From an uncultured delta proteobacterium (GTDB lineage Bacteria; Myxococcota_A; Polyangia; Palsa-1104), in the NCBI GenBank assembly GCA_963785725.1, contig CAWAWS010000006.1, forward strand, positions 160,001-224,000: a DNA stretch of 64,000 nucleotides, written 5' to 3'. The translations under genes were made by a program, and so were the position numbers. Positions 13,712 through 24,284 of this stretch are shown piece by piece (positions within the stretch are counted from its first letter, which is position 1; every line of letters begins with the position of its first letter). The notes under the pieces are model-generated. The model was not told the DNA's origin and ran no database searches. It saw nothing but the letters and a program-made list of their open reading frames with translations.

Positions 13712-13993
13712 TTAGTCGTCTTCGGCGCGCCACACTTCGGCGCCGAGGATCTGCGGCTTGTCGGTCGGATCGAGATCGACGAGGAGCGGCATCGTCGTCG
13801 CGTCGCCGCCTTTTTTGTCGAACATGCCGACGCCGCGCACGACGCCCGTGCGCGCCGGCCCTTTGCCGCCGCGCAACTCCACGCGGTCGCCGACGGCGAC
13901 GCCGGGGTTGTCGCGATTGACGCCGGGCACGAGCACCCAGCCGTTGCCGCGCACGTTGAAGGCGTCGAAGACGCGAAAGAGCCAGCGCGCCAT
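13712..13993 (-). CDS. Small protein (93 aa) resembling EF-Tu domain II beta-barrel
   Basis: TAATG overlap with hpt stop; LFRVFDAFNVRGNGWVL...VAVGDRVEL...VRGVGMF. Confidence 0.65.
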   Translation of the reverse strand: MARWLFRVFDAFNVRGNGWVLVPGVNRDNPGVAVGDRVELRGGKGPARTGVVRGVGMFDKKGGDATTMPLLVDLDPTDKPQILGAEVWRAEDD

Positions 13994-14517
13994 TATTCGC
14001 TGAGGACGCCGATATACGGGAGATTGCGGTAGTTCTGCGCGTAATCGAGCCCGTAACCGACGACGAACAGGTCGGGAATCGTGAAGCCGAGATAGTCGAT
14101 CGTGCACGGCTTCTTCATGCGCGACGGCTTGTGCAAGAGCGCGCACAGCCGCACCGACGCCGGATGGCGCGTCCGCAAATTCTCCAGCAGATACTCCATC
14201 GTCAGCCCGGTATCGACGATGTCCTCGACGATGAGCACGTGCTTGCCGTCGATGGGCTTGGTCAGATCGAACGTGATCTGCACGACGCCCGATGACGACG
14301 TCTCGTCGCCGTAGCTCTGCACGCCCAAGAACTCGACGCGCATGTCGTTCTTGACGATGGCGCGCGCCAAGTCGGCCATGAAGATGAACGAGCCCTTCAA
14401 CACACCGACGAGCACCAGCTCCTTGTCGGCGTAATCACGCGTAATCTGCGCGCCCAATTCGGCGCAGCGGGCGGCGATCTGGGCCGCCGAGATCTGCTCA
14501 TGAATCTGCTTGTTCAT
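13993..14517 (-). CDS. hpt: Hypoxanthine phosphoribosyltransferase
   Basis: [39 protein letters not shown]. Confidence 0.96.
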   Translation of the reverse strand: MNKQIHEQISAAQIAARCAELGAQITRDYADKELVLVGVLKGSFIFMADLARAIVKNDMRVEFLGVQSYGDETSSSGVVQITFDLTKPIDGKHVLIVEDIVDTGLTMEYLLENLRTRHPASVRLCALLHKPSRMKKPCTIDYLGFTIPDLFVVGYGLDYAQNYRNLPYIGVLSE

Positions 14518-14523
14518 TGTTCC

Positions 14524-15375
14524 TCACACGAAGCTGTTGTTCATGATCTCGCCCAAGCCGCCGCCGCCGGGCACGATGTAATGCTTCTCGGTCAAGCCGC
14601 GCTCGTCGTCCCAGCGCTCGCCCGGCACCGTCTGCAGCACGTCCGCCGGCGACAGCCCGCGATCGAGCCGGAGCGCGTAGACGCTCACTTCCGGGTGCTT
14701 CTTCGTCACGTGCCGCAAGTATTCGGGCGTGATGATGAGGTGCACGGCGATGATCTTCTCCGGTCGCCCGTAGGTCTCGGCGCCGTATTGCTCGATGACC
14801 TTGGAGATCGTCGCGCCGGTGGCGCCCATCGGATCGGGAATGAGCAGCATGGCGCCGTCGATGGGCCCGCCGATCTTCGACGCGTAGAGCCCGGCGCCGG
14901 TCACGCCGCCCTGCGCGTCGACGGTGCGCCCGAGCGCCAGATGATCTTGGCGAACGCCTTCCGGCTGTAACACTTGGTTCAAGAAGTCGTAGGTGTTCTG
15001 CGACGGCAACAGGCCCGCGCGCGCCACGGCCACGACCACCGCCGGCGTCGCGGCGGCGATGGCGTCGCCGCGCCAGACCCCGCGCGGCGTCACGTCGATC
15101 ATGCGCGTCGGCACCGCCATCGGCTCGCGCGGAAACTCCGCGGCGACGACCTCGTGCACCAGCATGCGGTACAGCTCACCGACGAGCCGATTGATCTCCG
15201 GCTGCACCGTGCCTTTGGCGCACAGCCGCGCCAGCATCGCCAGCGACAGCGGATCGGCGAGGATGTGCACGCGCTCGCCGTAGCGATGCACGATCTCGCA
15301 CGGACGATAGGGCACACTCTTGAACTGCACGTCGGCCGAGAGCTTGGCCTCGGCCGTTGTTGCGGGCGGCGTCAT
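14524..15375 (-). CDS. upp: Uracil phosphoribosyltransferase family protein
   Basis: VARAGL, PDPMGATG, LTEKHYIVPG.GGLGE motifs; ATG at 15375. Confidence 0.8.
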   Translation of the reverse strand: MTPPATTAEAKLSADVQFKSVPYRPCEIVHRYGERVHILADPLSLAMLARLCAKGTVQPEINRLVGELYRMLVHEVVAAEFPREPMAVPTRMIDVTPRGVWRGDAIAAATPAVVVAVARAGLLPSQNTYDFLNQVLQPEGVRQDHLALGRTVDAQGGVTGAGLYASKIGGPIDGAMLLIPDPMGATGATISKVIEQYGAETYGRPEKIIAVHLIITPEYLRHVTKKHPEVSVYALRLDRGLSPADVLQTVPGERWDDERGLTEKHYIVPGGGGLGEIMNNSFV

Positions 15376-15386
15376 CGCCGCGGATG

Positions 15387-16616
15387 CTACTTCGACCACA
15401 TCGCCGGATCCAGCGCTACGTCTTTGTCGACGTTGATGACGTCCACGTGCACCTTGTAATGCTCGTTCGTGTTGTCGATGTCGAAGCGCGTCTTGGTCTC
15501 GCGCACCTTCAACCCCGGCTCCTCGACGATGACCTCTTCGCCGACGCGACCGATGTGCCGCTCGGGCGGCCGCGGCAGGAGATCGTAGGTCGCCTCCAGA
15601 TCGCGCACCAGCGACTCCAAGATGCGTCCCATCGTCGGATCGTTGGGATCGCGCAGCGACTGCACGATGTTCACTTGGCCATTGACGACGATGACGTCGA
15701 ACAGCGTAATTCCCGCGGGTCCGAGCGCGCGCAGCCGAAAACGATCGGGCCGCTGCACCGCCAGTAAGCCGCGGATCGTCTTGGTCTCGACGCCGGACGC
15801 GGTCTTGACCTCGATGCGCACCTGATGCTCGGCGCGCATGGTCCGCCACGACTGCGTCACCGGCATCACCGGCGCCGAGCCATGCACGGGAACGACCTTG
15901 CCCGGCGCGTGCGCCGAGGTCGCGCAGCCGAGCGTCAAAAGCGAAGCCGCGAGCAGCAGCGACCACAGCGGCGAGAAGAACACGAGCTTGATGACGCGCA
16001 TCGTGTCGCGAAAGCCATGAAAGTGAGTCACGCGATTGGGACCATAGATCGTTCGAATCGGGACTTCCACCAAAGGCAGCTTCATCTTCGCCGCACGCAA
16101 CAGCAGCTCCGCCTCGGTATCGAACTTCGTCGAGCGCAGCGGCACAGCGAACAGCGCCCGCGGATAGACGCGATAGCCCGACTGCGTGTCGCGATAATTC
16201 TGCCCGGCGAAGCGCGAGATCCACCACGTCGAGATGCGATTGCCGATGCGGCTGCGGCGCGGCATGTCCTCGGCCGCGAAGCTGCGCACGCCGATGACGA
16301 GCGCCTGCGGTGACGCGTCGTGCGCCGCGCGTAACGCGGGAATCTCGGCCGGATCATGCTGTCCGTCGGCATCCATCGTCAGGACGGCGTCGACGTCGTG
16401 ACGCGCGGCCCAGGCAAAGCCGCTCGCCAGCGCCGCGCCTTTGCCGCGATTGCCGGGATGGCGCAGCACCGTCGCGCCGGCGGCTTCCGCCACTTTGCCC
16501 GAGTCGTCGCGCGAGCCATCGTCGACGACGACGACGTCGAGCCCGGCCGCGCGCGCGCCGCGAACGACCGCGCCGACCGTCGCCGCGCCTTCGTAGCAGG
16601 GAACGACGACGATCAT
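15387..16616 (-). CDS. Glycosyltransferase family 2 fused to a lipoprotein-like (DUF3261/LolB-like) domain
   Basis: VVDDGSRD, NRGKGAAL, MDADGQH, DTQSGYRVY; then internal lipobox LLTLGC and beta-rich domain. Confidence 0.85.
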   Translation of the reverse strand: MIVVVPCYEGAATVGAVVRGARAAGLDVVVVDDGSRDDSGKVAEAAGATVLRHPGNRGKGAALASGFAWAARHDVDAVLTMDADGQHDPAEIPALRAAHDASPQALVIGVRSFAAEDMPRRSRIGNRISTWWISRFAGQNYRDTQSGYRVYPRALFAVPLRSTKFDTEAELLLRAAKMKLPLVEVPIRTIYGPNRVTHFHGFRDTMRVIKLVFFSPLWSLLLAASLLTLGCATSAHAPGKVVPVHGSAPVMPVTQSWRTMRAEHQVRIEVKTASGVETKTIRGLLAVQRPDRFRLRALGPAGITLFDVIVVNGQVNIVQSLRDPNDPTMGRILESLVRDLEATYDLLPRPPERHIGRVGEEVIVEEPGLKVRETKTRFDIDNTNEHYKVHVDVINVDKDVALDPAMWSK

Positions 16617-16669
16617 GACCGCTTCCGTGACGTTTGCGTGCCGCTGCCGGCGCGCGTCAGGCTCTTCAT
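16613..16669 (-). CDS. Putative 18-aa leader peptide MKSLTRAGSGTQTSRKRS
   Basis: GGGAGG immediately upstream; stop overlaps GT2 start (ATGA). Confidence 0.4.
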   Translation of the reverse strand: MKSLTRAGSGTQTSRKRS

Positions 16670-16726
16670 GCCTCCCGCATAACAGGAATCGGCAGCGACG
16701 TCACGGTCAGGCCCGCGCGCCGTCGA

Positions 16727-17026
16727 TCACTGCGTGTCGGTGTCTGATGGCGTGACCGGCGGCGGCAGCGCGCGATCGGGCAGCGGCTTGGGCGGCGTCG
16801 CCGGCAGCTCGTCCGTCGCCGGCGTGCGATCGGGCGGCAGATCCGAGTCCGCCGGCACCGGCGACGACGAATCCTCCGTTCTCGCCGGCGTCGGCGTCGG
16901 CGCCGGCGCCGCGGCCGCGTAGTCGTTGCCGCAGCCCGTCGGCGGACAGGTCGCCACCATCTTCGTCTGCCCGTAGCCGCAACCCGCCACCGCGACCGCC
17001 AACCACAAGCCCATCGTCCACTTCAT
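16727..17026 (-). CDS. Small Pro-rich lipoprotein
   Basis: MKWTMGLWLAVAVAGC lipobox; ATGA overlap with FabZ-like gene. Confidence 0.7.
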   Translation of the reverse strand: MKWTMGLWLAVAVAGCGYGQTKMVATCPPTGCGNDYAAAAPAPTPTPARTEDSSSPVPADSDLPPDRTPATDELPATPPKPLPDRALPPPVTPSDTDTQ

Positions 17027-17427
17027 GGCGTCTCCTCGAGAGCGAACGTCAACTGACCTTGGGCGATCAGGCGCTCACCGACGAACGCTGTGCAGTCGAA
17101 GCGGTGCAATCGACCCAGCACCGCTTGCCGTACGGCCACGAGCCGTAGTGTCTCACCGGCGCGCGCTCGCTCTCTTGGATGAAACTGCGTCGCGGCCACG
17201 AGAAGTCCAGTGTGACGACCGAGCGCCTCGGTGGCCAAGCAAGCGGCCGCCTGTGCCAGCGCCTCGAGCACGAGAAAGTCGGGCAGCTCGAGCGTCGCGC
17301 GCACGAGCAGCGGGTCATCGGCCGCCAGCAGCTTGTGCGCCTCGACGGTCGTCTCCGTTTTGGCGACCACGCGATCGACCAGCAGCCACGGCGGACGATG
17401 CGGCAGCAGATCGATCGTCGTCCCCAT
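17023..17427 (-). CDS. FabZ/ApeP-like hotdog-fold 3-hydroxyacyl-ACP dehydratase
   Basis: LLPHRPPWLLVDRV and LEALAQAAA motifs. Confidence 0.8.
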   Translation of the reverse strand: MGTTIDLLPHRPPWLLVDRVVAKTETTVEAHKLLAADDPLLVRATLELPDFLVLEALAQAAACLATEALGRHTGLLVAATQFHPRERARAGETLRLVAVRQAVLGRLHRFDCTAFVGERLIAQGQLTFALEETP

Positions 17428-17460
17428 GCGTGGCAGTGAATAGCATGTTAAATTTTGCCG

Positions 17461-17853
17461 ATGACCACGATTGCGCTCGAGTCGCGTGCGCGCGAGCAGC
17501 TGCTCGACATCACCGACGAGGTGCGCAAGCTCGTCGGCCAAGTCAACGTCAAGACGGGCGTCGTCTGGCTACACTGTCCGCACACGACCGCGGCGCTGAC
17601 GATCCAGGAAAATACCGATCCGGCGCTGCGCAAAGACTACTTGGAGCATCTGGCGAAGCTCGTGCCGCAGCCCGGCTTTCGTCACGACGAGGGCAACGCC
17701 GACGCGCACATCAAGTCGTCGCTCATCGGCACGACTCAGCCGGTGCTCATCGACGACGGCGAGCTCGTGCTCGGCCGCTGGCAAGCGATCTATTTCGTCG
17801 AGCTCGATGGACCGCGTCATCGTCAAGTCCTGGCCCGCGTCGAAGGTCAATGA
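17461..17853 (+). CDS. yjbQ: YjbQ/UPF0047 family protein
   Basis: HTTAALTIQEN.DP, H.EGNADAHIKSSL, LGRWQAIYFVELDGPR. Confidence 0.93.
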   Translation: MTTIALESRAREQLLDITDEVRKLVGQVNVKTGVVWLHCPHTTAALTIQENTDPALRKDYLEHLAKLVPQPGFRHDEGNADAHIKSSLIGTTQPVLIDDGELVLGRWQAIYFVELDGPRHRQVLARVEGQ

Positions 17854-17854
17854 A

Positions 17855-19006
17855 GTGAAACACGCTCTAGTTTTTGCGTTGCTGCTCGGCGGCTGCGCGC
17901 ATCATCAGCCGATCGCGACGAAGCCGCCGGAGCGGCAGATCGCCATGGACCCCGTGCTGTTTCACGCGCAGCCGAGCGGCAACGTCGAGCTCGTCGATCC
18001 GGCGGCGCAGTTCGAGCGCGCGAACCAGCAATTCCGCGACAAGCAGTTCGCCGAGTCGGCGGCGTCGTTCGAGCGCATCGCGCACGACTATCCCGACTCG
18101 CACTTCGTCGTGCCCTCGCTGTACAACGCCGGCCTCGCGCTCGAGCAGGCGGGCGACTTGGGCGCCGCGATCGAGCGCTATCGCCGCATCACCGTCGAGC
18201 ACCCCGACGACAAGGACATCCTCGACGCCTGGTTTCGCATGGGCCGCATCCAAGCCGACGCCAAGCGCTTCACCGACGCCACGCAGACCTGGAACGAGGT
18301 GCTGGCGCGCAAAGATCTCGCCTTCGCCGATCGGCTGGAGGCGATGGCCCGGCGCGGCTACGCGCTCTTCGCGCAAAAAGATCTGATCCCGGCCGAGCGA
18401 ATGTTTCGCGAGCAGCTCGCCTACTACAAAGCGCACGAATCCGAGGAGCGCCTCGACTCCGACTTCTTCCTCGGCATGAGCGCCTATTACTTGGGCGAAG
18501 TGGCGCACGAGCAATATCGCGCGCTGCCCGTTCGCCTGCCCGAGAAGCAAATGTCGCGCGATTTAGAGGCCAAGGCGCGCCTCTTGCTCGTGGCCCAGGC
18601 GCGCTTCGTCGATGCCATGCGCGTCAACAACAGCGAGTGGGCGACGGCGGCCGGCTTCCAGATCGGCTCGCTCTATCGCGAATTCTATGACGATCTGGTC
18701 GGCGCACCGATTCCGCCGTCACTGAACGGAGAAGCGCGCGAAGTTTATCTCGATGAGGTAAAGAAGCACGTGCGCACGCTCTTGCAGAAGGCGATCAGCG
18801 TGCACGAAAAGAACATCATGATGGCCGAGCGCGTAGGCGAGAAGAACGACTGGGTGCGTCGATCCAACGAGCAGATGGATCAGCTGCGCAAATTGCTCGT
18901 GCCCGGTCCGGTTCCGCCCGTCGATGCCGCGCCCGCGCCGTCAGCGACGCCGGCGACGCCGATTCCGCGCCCCCGCGACGAGGTCCATGCCCCGGTGATG
19001 ATGTGA
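17855..19006 (+). CDS. Tetratricopeptide-repeat lipoprotein
   Basis: GTG start MKHALVFALLLGGC lipobox; TPR-like helices (YPDSHFVVPSLYNAGLALE). Confidence 0.8.
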   Translation: MKHALVFALLLGGCAHHQPIATKPPERQIAMDPVLFHAQPSGNVELVDPAAQFERANQQFRDKQFAESAASFERIAHDYPDSHFVVPSLYNAGLALEQAGDLGAAIERYRRITVEHPDDKDILDAWFRMGRIQADAKRFTDATQTWNEVLARKDLAFADRLEAMARRGYALFAQKDLIPAERMFREQLAYYKAHESEERLDSDFFLGMSAYYLGEVAHEQYRALPVRLPEKQMSRDLEAKARLLLVAQARFVDAMRVNNSEWATAAGFQIGSLYREFYDDLVGAPIPPSLNGEAREVYLDEVKKHVRTLLQKAISVHEKNIMMAERVGEKNDWVRRSNEQMDQLRKLLVPGPVPPVDAAPAPSATPATPIPRPRDEVHAPVMM

Positions 19007-19012
19007 AACTCC

Positions 19013-19041
19013 TTGACTCATTCCATATCCTGATCTATCAA
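19013..19041 (+). promoter_or_regulatory. Putative sigma70 promoter of the tRNA-tuf operon
   Basis: TTGACT-N17-TATCAA in an AT-rich patch upstream of tRNA-Thr. Confidence 0.55.
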
Positions 19042-19098
19042 ATCCTCCTTTTAAAATAAGCCAAGAGGCACACTGCGAACGAAAGACGTTTTGAATTC

Positions 19099-19171
19099 GC
19101 TGGCGTAGCTCACTTGGTAGAGCAGCTGACTTGTAATCAGCAGGTAATGGGTTCGATTCCCATCGCCAGCT
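19099..19171 (+). tRNA. tRNA-Thr(TGT)
   Basis: Cloverleaf, acceptor GCTGGCG/CGCCAGC, anticodon loop CTTGTAA, TTCGA T-loop. Confidence 0.96.
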
Positions 19172-19206
19172 CTTTGAAATTAAAGGTAGTAAGTAACAGC
19201 TCGTCG

Positions 19207-19288
19207 GGAGGGGTTCCCGAGCGGCCAAAGGGAGCAGACTGTAAATCTGCCGGCATTGCCTACGAAGGTTCGAATCCTTCCCCCTCCA
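19207..19288 (+). tRNA. tRNA-Tyr(GTA)
   Basis: Acceptor GGAGGGG/CCCCTCC, anticodon loop CTGTAAA, long variable arm. Confidence 0.96.
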
Positions 19289-19500
19289 CGAAGCAGTAGC
19301 AACAAGCGTCAGGAAGCGTTACTTAGCAGGGCTGCGGTATCGAGTTTGGTTGTAGGAAGGCGACATCGACGGGCAGTACAGGGCTGCGATATCGGGTGCA
19401 GATCGGCGCGCACCCCCGCAGTGACCGAGGGAGCGGGCTCGTGCCCGTGACCGAGGGAGCGAGGAGGTACGCGACGAGATGCGCCCGAGAGCGCAGCCAT

Positions 19501-19573
19501 GCGGGTGTAGCTCAGTTGGTAGAGCTCTAGCCTTCCAAGCTAGACGTCGCGGGTTCGAGCCCCGTCGCCCGCT
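19501..19573 (+). tRNA. tRNA-Gly(TCC)
   Basis: Acceptor GCGGGTG/CGCCCGC, anticodon loop CTTCCAA. Confidence 0.96.
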
Positions 19574-19648
19574 CTGATGTGGTATGCAGCGAAACGCTAC
19601 GGTTTCAGGCACCACATTTTGGCGAAGTAACAAAGTTAACTAAGATTT

Positions 19649-19721
19649 GCCCACGTAGCTCAGTTGGTAGAGCACGTCCTTGGTAAGGACGAGGTCTGCG
19701 GTTCAATCCCGCACGTGGGCT
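19649..19721 (+). tRNA. tRNA-Thr(GGT)
   Basis: Acceptor GCCCACG/CGTGGGC, anticodon loop TTGGTAA. Confidence 0.96.
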
Positions 19722-19755
19722 CAGTCAAAAATTTTCGAGCGAGAGGACATCGGTC

Positions 19756-20952
<1,197 letters not shown>

Positions 20953-21008
20953 CTCGTCCCGCTTCGCGTAACTGGTTTTTCCGAAATTCTGAGGTAAAGA
21001 GGTAGCTC

Positions 21009-21170
21009 ATGGCCCGTGGAAATCGCGCTCTCGTCACGCTCGAATGCACTGTGTGCCGCGAGCGTAACTACAACACCAATAAGAACAAACGGACGACTCC
21101 GGACAAGCTGGAGTTCTCCAAGTATTGCTCGCGCTGCCGCAAGCACCATCCGCACAAGGAAACGAAGTAA
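21009..21170 (+). CDS. rpmG: 50S ribosomal protein L33 (Zn-binding type)
   Basis: [21 protein letters not shown]...[16 protein letters not shown], translated by hand (not in the ORF track). Confidence 0.95.
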   Translation: MARGNRALVTLECTVCRERNYNTNKNKRTTPDKLEFSKYCSRCRKHHPHKETK

Positions 21171-21302
21171 GCAGTACGAAGGCTGACAAGCTGGCCTTCT
21201 GGCGAGGCGACAAGGAGCGAAAGCGAAGGAGCGCACTCTATTGCGTGACTGAGCTGAGCGACGAAGGCAACGAAGCCAGAAGGACAGATCGTCAGCCGAT
21301 CT

Positions 21303-21376
21303 AGGCCAGTAGCTCTAATTGGTAGAGCAGCGGACTCCAAATCCGCGGGATGGGGGTTCGAATCCCTCCTGGCCTG
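21303..21376 (+). tRNA. tRNA-Trp(CCA)
   Basis: Acceptor AGGCCAG/CTGGCCT, anticodon loop CTCCAAA; rpmG-trnW-secE context. Confidence 0.95.
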
Positions 21377-21467
21377 CTGCCCCCCGGAAGATGTAGCGGC
21401 GAGCTGAGCGCGAGCTCGACGAGAAAACTCCGCCGAACGCAGTAACGGTGGATTGCCCGGAGAGAAA

Positions 21468-21821
21468 ATGGAACGGAAGTGGGTCCACGTCATGTTCGCA
21501 GTCGCCGGCATTCTGCTGGCGTGGCTGCTCTCCAAGTGCGGAGAGTGGGCGTGGAGCTATTTCGGCCGGCCGAACGGTTTTTACGTCGGCGCCGGCTCGA
21601 TTCTCGTCGCTGGCGTCGCCACGTACATCTGTTGGAAGAACGAGCAGATCTTTGCGCTCGCCAACGAGGTCACGACCGAGCTGAGCAAGGTCACCTGGCC
21701 GACCCGCAAAGAGACGGTGAGCTCCACGATCATCGTGATCATCACGACCATCGTCGCCGCGCTGCTGCTCGGCCTCTTCGATGCGACGTGGTCTTGGGTC
21801 ACCCGCATGATTTATGGGTAA
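21468..21821 (+). CDS. secE: Preprotein translocase subunit SecE (3-TM type)
   Basis: [13 protein letters not shown] motif. Confidence 0.95.
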   Translation: MERKWVHVMFAVAGILLAWLLSKCGEWAWSYFGRPNGFYVGAGSILVAGVATYICWKNEQIFALANEVTTELSKVTWPTRKETVSSTIIVIITTIVAALLLGLFDATWSWVTRMIYG

Positions 21822-21867
21822 TCAAACGATGGAATCGATCACCACCGGCGAGCGGGAAGGCAAGTCA

Positions 21868-22395
21868 ATGGCGATGAAGTGGTACGTGGTCCACACTTAT
21901 TCGGGCCACGAGAACAAGGCGCGCTTGTCCCTGCAGGAACGGGTCAAGCAGATGAATAAGGACGCCCAGTTCGGGCAGGTTCTTATTCCGACCGAGTCCG
22001 TTCTCGAGATGGTCAAAGGTCAGAAGCGCACCACCACGCGCAAATTCTATCCGGGCTACATGTTCGTCCAGATGGAGCTGAGCGAGGAGACCTTCCACCT
22101 CGTCAAGAACACGCCCAAGATCACCGGCTTCCTCGGCGGCACCAATCCCACGCCGGTGCCGGAAAAGGACATCGCCGCGATCAACTCGCAGATGTCCGAC
22201 GGTGCGCAGAAACCCAAGCCGCGCATCAGCTTCGAAGAAGGCGAGAACGTTCGCGTCATCGAAGGCCCCTTCGCCAACTTCTCCGGTCTGGTCGAAGAAG
22301 TGAAGCCGGAGAAGCAAAAATTGCGCGTCCTCGTCAGCATTTTCGGACGCGCAACTCCGGTCGAGCTCGATTTCGCCCAGGTCGAAAAAGCCTAA
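21868..22395 (+). CDS. nusG: Transcription termination/antitermination factor NusG
   Basis: [20 protein letters not shown] and [11 protein letters not shown]; start chosen from the GGAAGG RBS (upstream ATGs at 21814 and 21829 are possible). Confidence 0.97.
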   Translation: MAMKWYVVHTYSGHENKARLSLQERVKQMNKDAQFGQVLIPTESVLEMVKGQKRTTTRKFYPGYMFVQMELSEETFHLVKNTPKITGFLGGTNPTPVPEKDIAAINSQMSDGAQKPKPRISFEEGENVRVIEGPFANFSGLVEEVKPEKQKLRVLVSIFGRATPVELDFAQVEKA

Positions 22396-22502
22396 CCCTC
22401 CACTTCATGGGAGCTTCGAAGCGGGTGAGAGCGCGCCCGTGACGATTCTCCTTGCAATTTTAGTGGAATTGGTCCAATAAAGCCGCTCCCCAAGGGTGCG
22501 TC

Positions 22503-22928
22503 ATGAAGAAGATTACAGGTCTCATCAAGTTACAAGTTCCGGCGGGTAAGGCAAACCCGTCGCCGCCGGTCGGCCCCGCGTTGGGTCAGCACGGCGTGAA
22601 CATTATGGAATTCTGCAAGGGCTTCAACGCCCGCACCCAAGCGCAGATGAAAGACGACCTGATCATTCCGGTCGTCATCACGGTCTATAACGATCGTTCG
22701 TTCACCTTCATTACGAAGACGCCGCCGGCGGCGATCCTTCTGAAGAAGGCCGCGAAGATCGAAAAGGGCTCGGGCGAGCCGAACAAGAACAAGGTCGGCA
22801 AGGTGACCAAAGCTCAGGTGCGCGAGATCGCGCAGCTGAAGCTGCCCGACCTGAACACCACCAATCTCGAGTCGGCGATTCGCACTGTCGAAGGTGCCGC
22901 CCGCTCGATGGGTCTCGAGGTCGTTTAG
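22503..22928 (+). CDS. rplK: 50S ribosomal protein L11
   Basis: [23 protein letters not shown]. Confidence 0.98.
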   Translation: MKKITGLIKLQVPAGKANPSPPVGPALGQHGVNIMEFCKGFNARTQAQMKDDLIIPVVITVYNDRSFTFITKTPPAAILLKKAAKIEKGSGEPNKNKVGKVTKAQVREIAQLKLPDLNTTNLESAIRTVEGAARSMGLEVV

Positions 22929-22930
22929 CC

Positions 22931-23644
22931 ATGGCGCACGGCAAGAAATACAAAGCGGCGGATTCGAAGGTCGACCGCGAGCAGAAGTACTCGATGGACG
23001 CGGCCTTCACGCTGCTGCCGGAGATGAAGATCTCGCAGAAGTTCGACGAGACCGTCGACCTGGCGATTCGTCTCGGCGTCGATCCGAAGCACGCCGATCA
23101 GATGGTGCGCGGCGCCGTCAACCTGCCGCACGGCACGGGCAAGACCACGCGCGTCATCGTCTTCGCCAAGGGTGACAAGGCGAAAGAGGCGCAGGACGCG
23201 GGCGCTGACGCCGTCGGTGCGGAAGACCTCGTCGACCGCATTCAGAAGGAAAACTGGCTCGACTTCGACTCGGCCGTCTCGACGCCGGACCTCATGGGTC
23301 TCGTCGGTCGTCTCGGTCGCGTCCTCGGTCCGCGCGGCCTCATGCCGAACCCGAAGGTCGGCACCGTGACCTTCGATGTCGGCAAGGCGGTCCGCGAGCT
23401 CAAGGGCGGTCGCGTCGAGTTCAAGGCCGAGAAGGCGGGCGTCGTTCACGCGCGCATCGGCAAGATTTCGTTCGGTGGCGACAAGCTGCGCGACAACGCG
23501 TGGTCGCTGCTGGAGCTGATTTACAAGCTCAAGCCGGGTACGGCGAAGGGCACGTACCTGCGGTCGATTGCAGTTTCGACCACGATGAGCCCGAGCATCA
23601 AGATCGACGTCAACGAGATCCAGGCGAAGTTCACGGAAGCTTAA
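22931..23644 (+). CDS. rplA: 50S ribosomal protein L1
   Basis: [22 protein letters not shown]. Confidence 0.98.
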   Translation: MAHGKKYKAADSKVDREQKYSMDAAFTLLPEMKISQKFDETVDLAIRLGVDPKHADQMVRGAVNLPHGTGKTTRVIVFAKGDKAKEAQDAGADAVGAEDLVDRIQKENWLDFDSAVSTPDLMGLVGRLGRVLGPRGLMPNPKVGTVTFDVGKAVRELKGGRVEFKAEKAGVVHARIGKISFGGDKLRDNAWSLLELIYKLKPGTAKGTYLRSIAVSTTMSPSIKIDVNEIQAKFTEA

Positions 23645-23667
23645 GCACCGCCTAAGATCGAAGTCGC

Positions 23668-23721
23668 GTCGAAGACAGCAGGGGCGCACCCCGCGCTTAA
23701 TTCGATTGGCCCTGCCGAGAC
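23668..23721 (+). promoter_or_regulatory. Putative L10 leader autoregulatory RNA
   Basis: GAAGACAGCAGG...CTTAAT...CCTGCCGAG just upstream of rplJ resembles the L10-leader consensus. Confidence 0.7.
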
Positions 23722-23736
23722 AGGAGTGAAGAGAAA

Positions 23737-24267
23737 ATGGATCGCGTCACCAAAGAGGCACAGGTTAGCGAGCTGAAGGACAAGCTCGGCCGCGTCTCGT
23801 CGATCGTGCTCGCCGACTATCGTGGGCTCGACGTCCCGACCGTCACCGGTCTGCGCGACGAGTTCCGCAAAGTGCAGTGCGAGTACAAGGTCTTCAAGAA
23901 CACGCTCGTGAAGTTGGCGATCAAAGGCACCAAGCTCGAGGGGATGTCGCAGTACCTCGAGGGCCCGACGGCGATGATCCTCTCGTACGAGAGCCCATCG
24001 GCGCCGGCCAAGGTGGCCACGACGTTCGCCAAGACTCAAGAGAAGTTCGTCCTCAAGGGCGGCTACTTCGATGGCACGGTTCTCGACGTCAAAGGACTCG
24101 AGGGTCTGGCCACCATGCCCGGCAAGGACGAGCTACGGGCCAAGCTGTTGGCGACCTTCCAGGCGCCTGCGACGGATCTCGTGCGTACGCTTTCCGCGGG
24201 CGCGCAAAACTTCATGTACTTGCTGTCGGCCAAAGAACGTGCGGCCGGTGGCGAGGCGACCAAGTAA
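23737..24267 (+). CDS. rplJ: 50S ribosomal protein L10
   Basis: DYRGL, KVFKNTL, position in operon. Confidence 0.97.
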   Translation: MDRVTKEAQVSELKDKLGRVSSIVLADYRGLDVPTVTGLRDEFRKVQCEYKVFKNTLVKLAIKGTKLEGMSQYLEGPTAMILSYESPSAPAKVATTFAKTQEKFVLKGGYFDGTVLDVKGLEGLATMPGKDELRAKLLATFQAPATDLVRTLSAGAQNFMYLLSAKERAAGGEATK

Positions 24268-24284
24268 AGGAACGGAGAAAGACT

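Noticed and set aside
14524..16227. 567-aa ORF as a single large Upp fusion
   Set aside because: The N-terminal half overlaps the GT2 gene in another frame; the Upp-like sequence starts at ATG 15375.
22405..22480. L1-binding leader or sigma70 promoter upstream of rplK
   Set aside because: GGGAG and TTGCAA are present, but the -10 box and L1-site pairing are too weak to call by eye.
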